Positions 13,528 to 26,356 of a stretch of DNA of 64,000 nt are shown here, in pieces. The position numbers were made by a program, and so were the translations under genes. The notes below the pieces were generated by a model that had not been told where the DNA came from, did not search any database, and saw only the letters and a list, made by a program, of their open reading frames with translations. The stretch comes from Octopus vulgaris (lineage: Eukaryota). The stretch's first letter is position 1. Every line of letters starts with the position of its first letter. Location: assembly GCA_951406725.2 (NCBI GenBank), contig OX597828.1:11222001-11286000 (forward strand), in the 5' to 3' direction.

Positions 13528-14865
13528 ATATACGTGTGCCCATATCTCCACCACTACTCGACAGCCGGTGTTGGTTTCTTTACGTCTCTACAACATAACG
13601 TTTCGGCAATAGCTACTGATTTCAAAATAAGAAGTGGCATCGATTTGTTGGCCGAAAACACTTTAAGGCGATGCCCCAGCATGACCGCTGCACACTGACT
13701 GAAGCAAAGTAAAAGATAAAAGATACGAAACCACCAAAAACAAATCAAAGTCGAGCACAGAAGAACCTGTTCACCAATTTCGCCATATTTCTTCCAATTA
13801 TCATTTTGGAATAATTTTCTCATTTGTGGCATGGTTTGTCTTGTAAGAGATTTCTATTTCTTCATTGTTTCTAGTTTCATTCTAATTTCTTTCCTGGGAT
13901 GGCATTAGTCTAATCAAATCATTTATCAAGCTACTTGTTAGTTCCGGCACTTCTAAAGATTAGTTCCATATTTGCAAAGAGCACACATAGCTTTATACCC
14001 ACAAGGCATGATTCTTTTTCGTTTTATCGGCGGTGCGGCGAAGCTTCTGTGTTCAACTTCATTTTCATCAAGATGTCAGTACATGGTTGGCCAAACAGGC
14101 CTGCAGCAGTTTGGTAAACACTGCTGCCACAAATGGGATTGTATCGCAGCGTCCATTTTGCAGCCCGGCAGCTATATACACAACACTTCCCTAACATCGT
14201 GCAGAGCATTATACTTGCTATTATATTGACTCGAATCAACAAGAGGCGAAATAGAATTTCATCGTCAGCATGCGCATGCGTGCACAAACATATCTGCTTA
14301 TATTCCGATCTGAACAGTATTCCAAACACGAAAACAGAAAGTTATTATCGTCTGAAAATATCGCTGAAGTAATACGAAGTTATTACACTCTCAAAATACA
14401 CACAGGCGGTTTGCAAAGGCGTTCTTTTCGAGACATATATCCACGATATTTTATTTTCTCTCTTATATCCTGTGCAAATATCAGAAAATAATGTTACAGT
14501 TATTTTCATGTGGCTAATATACCCTTAAATATACCCTTAGAAAATATTCTTAAATTAAGCATTTTGCTAAGTTAGCAATCTTGGCAAGCTCAATATAATT
14601 AGCCGAGTTGATAAAATGTCTACCGGTGATAACAGCGACGGTTTCGCATTTGCCCATTATTACTATACTGTGGGTGTGTTGAGTTAGCCTGACTTATATT
14701 CATAGTAAATATACATCAGTAGGTATCACATCTACATATCAAATTTTCAGTACCTAAAATTGCTTATCTTATCTACAACACGAAAATATTATTATGTTGT
14801 ACTCATATATACATATATATCTAATATTCTTCTGATACAACATTTCTGATGTATTCTTCTTTTTT

Positions 14866-14980
14866 TGCTTTGAGGAGAATGTTAATATGTAATTAAATTA
14901 ATTTAATTATAATTATAATTGATTTAATTTTTTCCATGTTTCTTACATGTTGGTGTTATGATTCGAAACGATCGTATGCA
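14866..14980 (+). ncRNA. Degenerate type I hammerhead motif with a long stem II insert
   Basis: TGCT-TTGAGGA-GAAT...ATTC-GAAAC-GATC-GTA-TGCA. The first core C is replaced by T. Confidence 0.45.
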
Positions 14981-15148
14981 TGGATTAAAATTTTATAAAA
15001 CTTTAAACATCTCTTTCCAAACTTAAAAAAAAAAAAATGTTTGCAACAATAAGCTACAAATTTAGTATGAAGAATCTTTATTAGAAATCTAACTTTGGAC
15101 CCCACCACCCAAAGTAATAAGTTTCAAATTGAACACAACCTTTCTCAC

Positions 15149-15187
<39 letters not shown>

Positions 15188-15263
15188 CCCTTGTGTAATA
15201 AAGTACTACGTACAGAGTAGCCTAAAAGTCACGCAGCAAAGCATTTGACTTTATTTTTATTAC

Positions 15264-15308
<45 letters not shown>

Positions 15309-16358
15309 GTTATTATTATTATTATTGTTATTGTTATTGTTATTATTATTATTATTATTATTGTTATTATTATTATTATTATTCATTTTGTTCATCGTGT
15401 ACAAATATGTGTGTATTCATCATTATTTTATTTATTTTATTGAATTTTGTAAAAATTGAAGCACGTTTTTGACAATACAATTCCAGAGTGTATTGAACTT
15501 ATTTTGTCCGTAATTTTTGGCACGATTTTATAGTTCTAGAAAATGTTGGGCAACTAGCAGAATCGCTAGCACGTCGGAAACCTTGCTTAACGACATTTCT
15601 TCTGGTCCTTTACGTCCTGAGTTCAAATGAGTTGAGACCAACTTTCTTTCCTTGGGAAACGACAAAATAAAATATCAGTAAAATACTGAGGCCGATGTAT
15701 TTGACTTGCTATCTCTGCTCAAATTTGCTGGCCTTGAACCTTGCAACGGAACTGTGTCCTATTCAGAAGGATCATTGGGATCTCGACCGCTTGTACGTCA
15801 CGGAAACCGGGTAACCCGGCCTTATGAGTCCTGGGGCTCGAGAATAAAGAGAAACAGGATTTACAGAATCCTATAACATTGTTTTCAAATTTTGCCTCAA
15901 GGCCAGCAATTTTGGGGGTGTGAGTAAGTCGATTACATTAACCCCAGTGTTCAACTGTTTGTTTTTTTTTCCTCTATTTTATCAGCTTCGAAAGGATGAA
16001 CGGCAAAGTCGACTTCAGGCGAACTGCCGCTAAGCACATTCAGACGGGCTCACATTTCAGCCAGTCTGCTGCCTTGTATACAAGCATATAATAGTAATTC
16101 TATGCATAACATGTTATGCAGCACAGCTGATATATGAGGAGATAATCTACCATAATCCAATGTATTAGCTTTTAATATGTGATTTTATATAACTTCATAG
16201 ATATATGATATTAACAAAACGTAATCTTAAAAAAATAACAACGCTCAAACATTATTGCTTTTATTTAATGAAACTGTATGGAAGACAATTTTACAGCCAA
16301 ATATTATATACGATGGGCCCTATTAATATTTATTTTTATTTTGGTGAAAAAAATACAT

Positions 16359-16521
16359 AGGCGCAGGAGTAGCTGTGTCGTAAGAGGCTTGCTTACCAAC
16401 CACATGGTAGCAGGGTCAGTCCACTGCGTAGCACCTTGGGCAAGTGCCTTCTACTATGGCCTCGGGCCGACCAAAACCTTGTGAGTGGATTTGATAGACG
16501 GAAACTGAAAGAATACCCGTC

Positions 16522-16612
<91 letters not shown>

Positions 16613-16820
16613 TGTGTCTGTGTGAGTGTTTGTCACCCCACCATTATTTGACACCCGATGTTGTTGTGTTTACGTTCCCGTAACTTAGCGGTTCAGCAAA
16701 AGAGACCGATAGAATAAGTACTATGTTTACAAAGAATAATTCCTCATGTCGATTTGTTCGGCTAAAGGCGTTGCTCCAGCATGGCCGCAGTCAACTAACT
16801 GAAAAATTAAAACAGAAAGA
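16359..16820 (+). mobile_element. SINE family B, full length
   Basis: GGCGCAGGAGTAGCTGTGT head, CACCTTGGGCAAGTG CORE-like motif, internal (TA)n(TG)n, and 3' domain. Confidence 0.9.
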
Positions 16821-17370
16821 TTATTTGTGGAGTTTTATAGCATACTAGCAAATGCACTCGTCCTTTAGACTGTTTAAGTTGCTTTGGTGGTATTTTTTTT
16901 TACCAAATAATTGAACTGCCGAGAAGGTTTATGAGTAGCACGGCAATCTATGTTTCCGATTAACCTAGGAACAGAAAACCAAATCGAAGGCTGGTTATAG
17001 TGGAGGTCGTTACACTTTAATGATCATAGAACATACAAGTTTGCAAGTGATGCAAAGTAGAACTACTGAAGTGAAAAAGTGAAAAAAGTGAAAAAGTGAA
17101 AAAACGCATTTGGTAGGTAAACAAAGGTATCAACAAATAGAAGAGAGGGAAGCGAACATCACCTTCCAAGTAACTCAGAATAGTTTAATGTCCAAGTTTA
17201 ATGCAGTTTAAGTATGGAGATTAAGATTGTTTGGTATTGGATATTCATCGTGTACAGTGTTCCAAGTCAATTTAATAACCGTCGCAAGTGGACAGTCGAA
17301 ATAAATAGACAAAATCCTTTCCCTTTTATAATATTTTCTAACCAAGTAATAATATACAATTACAGAATAT

Positions 17371-17732
17371 TCTTTACTCTTTTACTTGTTTCAGTCATTT
17401 GACTGTGGCCATGCTGGAACACCGCCTTTAGTCGATCGAGCAAATCGACCCCAGGACTTATTCTTTGTAAGCCTAGTACTTATTCGATCGGTGTTTTTTG
17501 CCGAACCGCTAAGTTACGGGGACGTAAACACGCTAGCATCGGTTGTCAAGTGATGTTGGGGAACAAACACAGACACACAAACAGATATATATATATATAT
17601 ACATATACGACGAGCTTCTTTCAATTTCCGCCTTGGTCGACCCGACGCTATAGTAGAAGATAATTGTCCAAGGTGACACGCAGTGGGACTGAACCTAGAA
17701 CCATGTGGTCCGTAAGCAAGCTACTTACCACA
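17371..17732 (-). mobile_element. SINE family B
   Basis: Reverse complement of the 16359 copy with a small deletion. Confidence 0.85.
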
Positions 17733-17856
17733 TAATAAATCAAAACTATGTGAAAAGCTCTAAAACATATTCTCTAATGCCAATCAAAATACGACCATAT
17801 AGATTTTAAAAACTATGAAAGACCCTACATACAAAAAAATTATGTACATACAATGA

Positions 17857-18050
17857 ATTAGAGAAAATCCCGTACGACCCACCGGTTTTCCCGGTTTGTC
17901 CATTTACGCGGGGGCTCTGACAAAATATTATAGTGCATGACCATCCTTGGGACATAAGTAATGTATGTGTAAAGTTTGGTGAAAATCAGTTGGGAATGTA
18001 TGCGTTAGTCAATATACACACACACACACTCTGATTTATATATACTAGAT
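17857..18050 (-). mobile_element. Possible non-autonomous Helitron-type element
   Basis: The minus strand begins TCTAGTATATATAAA followed by (GT)n and ends in a GC-rich imperfect hairpin before CTCTAA, resembling microsatellite-bearing Helitron derivatives. Confidence 0.35.
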
Positions 18051-20111
18051 TTAAATGAATGATTTTCTATCAGCTTAACTGGAGAACAAAAAGTGACACC
18101 CAGGATCTCTTTTAGGGCCATTGAGAAAGGTATGAGAAAAAAGTTATTTTCAGATCGAAGTATTGGGCCAAATGCTTGCAACCGAATGTACTTCATAGAA
18201 CGTACCCAAGGTCCAGATAGCGTTAAACAGGTTGATGTATTAAGTCTCTCGTGTCTAATAATGTAGTATGGCATTCATAACTTTCCTGAGAGTATCACCA
18301 GTGTGAGTTAAGTAGGGGCCATAACTCAGAATGGGAAGTGGCATGTATTTGAACAACATATACAAATACAGGTATATCAAGTACTATACATCGTAAATTT
18401 TTGATTTATTGAAGTAACCTCTGCCTCTAGAGGTTGCATCATAATTAGTAAATGGCTATTTAGTAATTCTCAAGTGGAGCTAATTGCCATTTGTTAATTA
18501 TGATAATCCTATAGGGGCGGAGATGATTTTAATAACTCAAAATTTTATGTTATGGTATTTGACATACCTATATTTGTTTAAGTGAACTAAAATTATTTTA
18601 AAGGATTCTAAAATAACTTTGTGGGTTAAATTTATGGATTGTAAACTAAAGATAACGATTAATGCTGTCGTGATTGGAAATGATCGAATACTACAATTCA
18701 TTTTGTTTCCTACCGTAATGTTAATTTATTGTAAGTTGACGCTTTCATCCCTTTCTACAAATGTGTACTCAAGCGGTGGAAGAAGCCTCAATGTGACTAC
18801 CTGAACTGCAAGAAATCTGTTAAATCAAAGCTAAATCACACCACAGCCAACTGTCTTAAAGAAGTACTCTTTGGGCAATTTTTTTCTTTGTTCTCTCTTT
18901 TATCCCGCTTGTAGTTCAAGGTTTGCGTTTTATACTCCATGATGTTAGTCCAATCAGCGTGCCGCTTATCTTACGGTGGGGTCTCTTGCTATTAGTAAGG
19001 TTCTTAGGGACTAGTTTTTCACAATAACAGGAAGTGGGATTTGAACTCGTAATGCACAAAGCCGAAATATCACGCCCCAGAATGCTGTTATACTTATGAA
19101 CCTGGAAACGGTGGAAAGCTTAGTGGAGCTCCGTGAAATTTGAACATAAGGCGCAGAGTGTCGGAACAACAATTCCACCCCTTATATTTTGGATAATATT
19201 CCCAAAGGTACAAAAATACTCTCGCCGTCCTTTGAAGCAGCCAGAATATTGATCGCTGCAACCTGTTCATTTTCTTTCCTCGTAACCACATTGCCAATCC
19301 TACTCCCCACTTCAACATACCTTTCAGCCCTACTATTGTGTACCCTCTTTTCTTATTCTTTATATTCTTATCTATTCTTCCTCACGTCCCAACGAGGCGA
19401 TACTCATCTTTTAGCTAACCTAGTATTCTGTTCTCAATTCTGGATACAACACTACCTCTCCTACCACATCAAAAACTTTCGAACTTTTTTCTCCTCCTCC
19501 TCTCTTAAGTACTCCTAACACTCACTTTATTCCTTCTTCCTTTCTTCACTCCTCCTCTCTCTCTCTCTCTCACTCTCTCTCTCCCTTTCTCCCTCACTGT
19601 TTCTCTCTAACTGGTTTGCTTCCCCACTTAGCTCCTTTTTTCCAACACCTAATTGTTATCCTTTGCCCGTTCTTTTTCTCTGCCGCAACCAATGTATATT
19701 AAACTCAATTCGCAATTCTGTGACTTTTCTTCTCTAATGATGCAAAACTAACATTCGCTTTTCTGACACAATTGCAGCCATGTTATGAGAAAATAAATCC
19801 ACTTTATAAATATGTTTCTGTATATGCGTGTGCGCATGTACACACACACACACACGCACACACATATTCACACATACAAACACACGTACATACATTCATA
19901 CATATTTGTGTGTGTGTGTGTGTGTATGCATACGCATATACATAATACTTTGTGCTTATTACAGAATTCTTTCCTCCTGCTTGTGGACTAACATGATTTC
20001 CAGGTTTCCAAATTGGAATTATCGACGATAGTAACATTCCTTAACTTTTCACCTTTTAAACGGATGAAATGCGTATGTATGTGTGCGTGTGTATGTGTGT
20101 ATGAGTGTGTA

Positions 20112-20184
<73 letters not shown>

Positions 20185-20639
20185 ATACATGTATATGTAT
20201 TTATATGAATGACCACTGGATTGACGGATTGGTTGATTTTTCTTCTGGTGTTCATTTTGTGAATTGCATATTATACAAATTTATGCAGACAAACAGATAC
20301 AACAGGTTCGTGAGATTTTATTTTTGGCTCTGACAAAATATATCTCGTTACCCTACAGACCGAGGATTGCAAACTGATTAAATTCTGGTTGCTTTCTGAC
20401 AAGCAAAACTATTTTTTCTGAACCTATAGCGATGACAATTACCGGTGTCGTGAACCCCAAAAGCGCATAGCTCCCCTTTCTTATCGGAAGAGAGATTACC
20501 AACGTCCGAAACGAATCCGTTAGAGGTAGAATGATTTTCTTCAGTGCATCTTCTACGCCATGTTTTGGGATAATGAATTCGTCATTTTGTGTGTCTAGAC
20601 TATGAAACACTGGAATGACATTGTATCTTTCATTAAAAA

Positions 20640-20945
20640 GTATGACCTGTTGCCATACCTCTGGAAAGATTCAAAAATTGTTGTAAGAGAATTTCTACTT
20701 CAATAACCCCAATTTCTGGCCTCCTAATTTCCCCGATTGTAATCCCATAGTTTACAGTTCATGTAGGGCGCGGTTGAGAAAAAACCTCACCCCAACAGCT
20801 CTGCTTGTAATACTAAAGCCGAGTTGGGGGCTAAGATTAAAGGTTTTCGAAGATCTTCTCAAGGACACAGTGAGGAACGCATGCTGAATGTTCCGCAGCC
20901 GCTCAGAGGCTGAGGTGGAACCTGAGGTCGACTACACTGACTAAA
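20640..20945 (+). mobile_element. Decayed Tc1/mariner (DD37D/maT-like) transposase C-terminal fragment
   Basis: Broken peptides CHTSGKIQ, PNFWPPNFPDCNP, GAVEK, SACNTKAEL and DTVRNAC*MFRSR. Confidence 0.7.
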
Positions 20946-21326
20946 CTGCTATATCCCAGCCATAATCTATTTGATAGTTTTTGATCCGTTAACATTCTTT
21001 ATCTTTATATGGAATTTTGTGAAAAAAACCTCTATAAGAGAGGAAAGTATTGGGTTGTCCAGAAAGTTCGTACCGATTTGGTACAAGGCCAGCAATTTCG
21101 GGGCTGGGTATGTCGATTACTTCGAACCTGGTGCTGTACTGGTACTTATTATAACCGAACCCGAAAGGAAGAAAAGTAAAGTCGACCTCAGTGGAAGTTG
21201 AACTCAGAACAAAAGAGGAACGAAATGCCGCTAAACATTTTGCCAGCTTGCTTGCCTTAGTGTTTTTATTTATATTAGTGATGGAAATGGTGATGCTGTT
21301 GTTCCTTTAAATGCTATATTATTCTA

Positions 21327-21892
21327 TTGGGTTGTCCGGAAAGTTCGTGCCGATTTATAGCAGCTTATCTTTCGACTTATTTTAGAACATGGTTGTGTCC
21401 ATAAAATAGGATTTGACTACACCTCCATTTAGAGCACAGTTTAAGCTATCTTTTCGTGGAAGAAGGTTTATGTTCCTATAACTTGTGTTAATTCTGTAAC
21501 CCTTTAAAATGGAAGATAAGAAAGTTCATTTTCGGCACTTGATGCTTTGGGAACCAGACAAAAATTGCTGCAGCTTGGATGGGATGTGTTACCCCACCCT
21601 CCATACTAACCAGATATTGCTCCTTCGGATTTCCACTTATTTAGGTCTCTGTAGAATAGTCTTAATGGTAAAAATTTCAATTCCTTGGATGACATAAAAA
21701 GATACCTTGATGAATTCTTTGCCATGAAACCACCTGAATTCTGGGAAGAGGGTATTTTCAAGTTAAAGGAAAGATGGAGACGCATCGTGCAACAAAATGG
21801 TTCATATTTGGTTGATTAAAAGTGTAATGGCAAATATTTATTGACCTTTTTCTATCTTTTAAAAATCGGCATGAATTTTCCGGACAACCCAA
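21327..21892 (+). mobile_element. Internally deleted mariner (566 bp) with ~30-bp TIRs and a TA target duplication
   Basis: TIR TTGGGTTGTCCGGAAAGTTCGTGCCGATTT and its near-perfect inverse. The N-terminus MEDKKVHFRHLMLWE is fused to the C-terminus LGWDVLPHPPY*PDIAPSDFHLFRSL...ERWRRIVQQNGSYLVD. Confidence 0.92.
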
Positions 21893-22107
21893 TAGTATCT
21901 ATACTGAGAAGTAATGTTTGTCACCGCGTTGAAGTGGCGACAAACATGCATTTTCTTTTCCTTTTAATCAAACTGTCGAATTTAGCCGGAATACCCTGTA
22001 AACCTAACAACTTATGACGTCAGTCAAACAGTAGTTGCGGTTTCCTTCTCTTCTCTTATCTTGAATATTGCAAGAATTAACCTGAACACTACAATAGTAG
22101 CTGTATA

Positions 22108-22340
22108 CCTATTTCTTTATTACCCACAAGGGGCTAAACACAGAGGGGACAAACAAGGACAGACATAGGTATTAAGTCGATTACATCGACCCCAGTGCGT
22201 AACTGGTACTTAATTTATCGACCCCGAAAGGATGAACGGCAATGTCGACCTCGGCAGAATTTGAACTCACAACGTAACGCAGACGAAATACCGCTAAGCA
22301 TTTCGCCCGGCGTGCTAACGTTTCTGCCAGCTCGCCGCCT
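22108..22340 (-). mobile_element. SINE family A monomer with a 13-bp TSD
   Basis: A-box and B-box-like head, and central GCC.TTCATCCTTTCGGGGTCGATAAA domain. TSD TAGTAGCTGTATA at 22095-22107 and 22341-22353. Confidence 0.92.
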
Positions 22341-22580
22341 TAGTAGCTGTATATCACTGTAATCGCACGCTACTGTCAGGGAACAAAGTTCTACTAGAGG
22401 TGCTACGACTGGAAATATGATGAGATGGTCATGGCTGGAATATCGTTGGTCAATAATCTGCTCGATCAGGGAGCAGATTTTACAAGGCAAAAGGAAGTGA
22501 TCAAAACTAAGTGCTTTGGTCCTGCATGAAATAAGATAATTTACTCTGGTTTCTTTGGCGTGTAATAACCATGGAAAATA

Positions 22581-22648
<68 letters not shown>

Positions 22649-22651
<3 letters not shown>

Positions 22652-22944
22652 CGTGATCACCGTGACCGTCCAGGCTATCAGATGTTGCTACACATCGCTG
22701 GTCACAATGCGCTTTGCATTGTTTTAGCCTTCAAATGACACCACCCCGCTGGCTAAGCGAACAGGCCCACAGAAGAAAGAGTGAGAGAAAGTTGTAGCGA
22801 AAGAGTACAGCAGGGATCGCCACTACTCCCTGCCGGTGCCTCGTGGAGCTTTAGGTGTTTTCGCTCAATAACCACTCACAACGCCCGGTCTGGGAATCGA
22901 AACCGCGAGTCCGCTGCCCCAACCACTGGGCCATTGCGTCTCCA
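22649..22944 (-). mobile_element. SINE family C, head X + tail Q
   Basis: The tRNA-like head matches the 52393 copy, and the 3' part matches the tails at 30379 and 62190. Confidence 0.8.
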
Positions 22945-23284
22945 TATATATGTGTGTGAGTGTGTGTGTGTGTGCGTGTGTGTGTGGCCAATCTTTTATC
23001 ACTAAACAGGCAATTATTAAAATAACTGTCCTTAGCTCACGAGGTCTAACAATACCGATATATATTCGGAGTTGGCATTCGTACTTATCAAGATCAGATT
23101 AATGTAGTGTTGGGCATTGAGTTAATGTTTGTTTCTTCTCCACGAGTAAGCGCCATTTATTAATTCATTAGAATTTTCTTCTCTCGCTAATTGCTTGTAA
23201 TTCAATCTTTTGACATCATATTCATCAATCTGTTTGTTACTCCTCTGCGGTATCAACTACTGCTGAGTTATCTAGGTCAGAATA

Positions 23285-24206
23285 TTGTTTCAAATTTTGG
23301 CGCAATGCTATCGGTTTTAGGGAGACGTTTTGGACGATTATATCGAGCTCAATGCCGTCAATTTTAGGGAGAAGATTTGGACGAATATATTGACTTGTAC
23401 TCATTTTATCAACTCCCGAAAAGATGAAGGAAAATTCAACCTTAACAGGATTTAAACTGAGACCGAAACGAGCCAAAATAAATACCACTAAGCATTTCCC
23501 CAACGCGCATACGGCCGGCTCTGCTAGCCCGCGGCCTTGATCTAGCTGAGAATAAGGGTTTCATATTTTGGCAAAAGGCCAACAATTTGGGTGGCGGGGA
23601 GTACGTCGATTAGCTTAACCTCCCCCCACTATTGCTCAACTGGCTTTAATTTATCGATCCAGAAAACATGAAAAGCATAGCGGATCTCAGCGGAATTTGA
23701 ACTCAGAACGTAAAGATGGGCGAAATGCCGCTAAGCATTTTGCTTAGCGGCATTTCGCCCGTTGTGCTACCGATTCTGCCAGCTCGCCGCCTTAAAGAAT
23801 TTTATCTTAGAACATAAAGACGGATGAAATGCCGTTAAGCATTTGCCTGGAGTGCTAACGATTCTACCAGTTTGCCGCCTTAAAGGTAAAGTCGACCTCA
23901 GCGGAATTTGAACTCAGAACGCAAAGATGGACGAAAAGCTGCTTAGATTTTTACCCGGCCTGCTAACGATTCTTATTTCTTTGCTGCTCACAAGGGGCTA
24001 CACACAGAAGGGACAAACAAGGACAAACAAACGGATTAAGTCGATTATATCGACCCAGTGCGTAACTGGTACTTATTTAGTCGACCTCGAAAGAATGAAA
24101 GGCAAAGTCGACCTCGGCGGAATGTGAACTCAGAACGTAGCGACAGACGAAATATTGCTAAGCATTTCGCCCGGCGCGCAAACGTTTCTGCCAGCTTACT
24201 GCCTTA
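23285..24206 (-). mobile_element. Cluster of tandem and nested family A SINEs
   Basis: At least five head or body segments in the same orientation. Confidence 0.85.
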
Positions 24207-25383
24207 GAGTCCAGCTTAGAATATTAAGAAATGATAAATAGTGTTGTTGTTCTGTTGTCTGACCTGTCTCCTACCTGAAAGAGCGAACTGCTGATCAAAC
24301 GAGTCCCAGAAATAACTAACTCATCACTTGTGGAGTATGTTTTTTTTCTTTTTTTTTTTTCTTAGTTACAGTATATATAGAAACACATTATTCAATTTGT
24401 GTTTCCGTTTTAAAATTATAGAGTTTGGCTGCTATTTCTACCACTTCAAGCAACCACTTAGAGATTTCCTCATTGAAGATTTAAGAGAACAACGTATTCT
24501 TAAATTTTATTTTACCTGTTATTTTTTCCTTAAAGTTTCATTAGTATATCTTGAAATATTCTAATGTTCTAATATTACCAATATTCTGATATTCCGATAA
24601 TCCAATATAATGCAAAACTTTAGCAAAAACTTTCTTCTTTAATCAGTATTAAATTTTTATATTACTTTTTAATTCTGTCCTCTTTTTGCTTTTCTTGTTT
24701 TGTTTTTTTGTTTTGTTTTGTTTTTTGTTTTTTTGTTTTTTTGTAATAAATGAGAAAAGCGTTTCAAAGAGGAGCCGTGAAGAAACGAAAAGAAAAAAAG
24801 GAAAGAAAGCAATTGAAAAAAAAAACGAACGACAGAAGAAAGGAAAGAAAAAAGGAAGGCAAAGAAAGAAGCGATATGACAAACTTAAAAGGAGAGAAAT
24901 GAAATATACGAAGATCAGAAAAGAAAAGAAATTAGAAAATAATAATAATAAAATAGAAAAGAATATAGCGAAGAAATCAGAAAGAGTTAGAAAAATTAAG
25001 AAAGAATATGGTAGTATAATGAAATACAGAAAAGAATATAAACGAAGAAAGATAGCTAGCTAGAAAGCGTTTGGTGTAATGTAGGCTCAAGATTGGTCGG
25101 TTTCATGTTTAAGCAAGAGAAGTATTGAAAATTATCAGATTAAGCAGTATAGCTATAGTTAACTGTGATAGAACGGAAATTTTTCCCCAATCGAGTAATT
25201 GGAGCAAAAACCCTGACAAGAAAGGAGTAAACTTAGTTAAGAATTACCAACTTCAAAGAAAAAACAAAAGATTTCTCTGAAGGAAGAAGGGTGTGTGTGG
25301 AAGGAAACACAATGCTTTTAAAGATAAACAAATGAAGCATCGAAAAATTTATATTAACTTATTATTGTTCTTGATATTATTGC

Positions 25384-25417
<34 letters not shown>

Positions 25418-26116
25418 TACATTACTCTTATTATCATTAGTATTTTCTTCTTTCTTTTAATGACTTAGTCTCAGACAAATCTCTTGGTAGTTCAATAAAT
25501 ATTGCCAGCGCAGTCAGTCCTCTGTTAACCGCCAAACTCCCTAAGGGTATGACCTGCATATTCACGAAAACTATCCAATTATTTCTTGTCTCTTCAAGAA
25601 AAGCGATAAGTGCTATAGTTGTATCGCATTGAATATATTCACCCTGGCAACTATTCCTGACCGTATTGGACAAGTAATAGTAAGATAATGAACTATACTT
25701 AGGAACAATGATGGAGACACACCCCAAGGACTTCAGGATAAATATAGTCGGAAGACAATGAGACAAAGGACGAAAGAAAAAGAAAATAAGATGAAGAAAA
25801 GACAGACAATCAAGTTGGATAAATATGAATGAAATATTATATTATTATAAATAAGAATTCCTTTTTTTAATTCTACTTATTACTGTTCTCTAAAATATAA
25901 TTCTTGAAAACCTTAAGACAAATCCTCTTCTTTCGTTCTAGAACTATCGCAAAAGATTTTATTTTTTATTGAATAAAATAATACTTAGTGTGACATATGG
26001 TTTGTTGATGGTCCCTTATAGTTTAAGAGAGAGAAATAAAATGTTATGTCGTCTATGGCTTTCTAAATAGATTATGAAAGTGAAATGAAGTCGATCGCTG
26101 CATGGAGGACTGCGAG

Positions 26117-26356
26117 TTTGACGTTTAAGGTTCAGTCGTTGTTTGAGGTTAACTTTTAAGGTTCAGCCGTTGTTTGAGGTTGACGTTTAAGGTTCAGCAT
26201 TTGTTTGAGGTTGACGTTTAAGGTTCAGCCGTTGTTTGAGGTTGACGTTTACGGTTCAGTCGTTGTTTGAGGTTGACGTTTACGCTTCAGTCGTTGTTTG
26301 GGGTTGACGTTTACGGTTCAGTCGTTGTTTGGGGTTGACGTTTACGGTTCAGTCGT
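26117..26356. repeat. 31-bp minisatellite, ~7.7 copies (GTTGACGTTTACGGTTCAGTCGTTGTTTGAG)
   Basis: Period read from 26241 to 26272. Confidence 0.95.

Noticed and set aside
14024-14210. THAP-like start MLGKCCVYSC on the minus strand, with an NRF1-like TGCGCATGCG motif at ~14271
   Set aside because: The remaining THAP residues (FP, W, CxxHF) are not found in frame, and a single motif does not support a promoter call.
26117-26356. CRISPR-like 31-bp repeats beginning GTT
   Set aside because: The units are contiguous with no unique spacers and no cas genes, in a eukaryotic context. This is a minisatellite.
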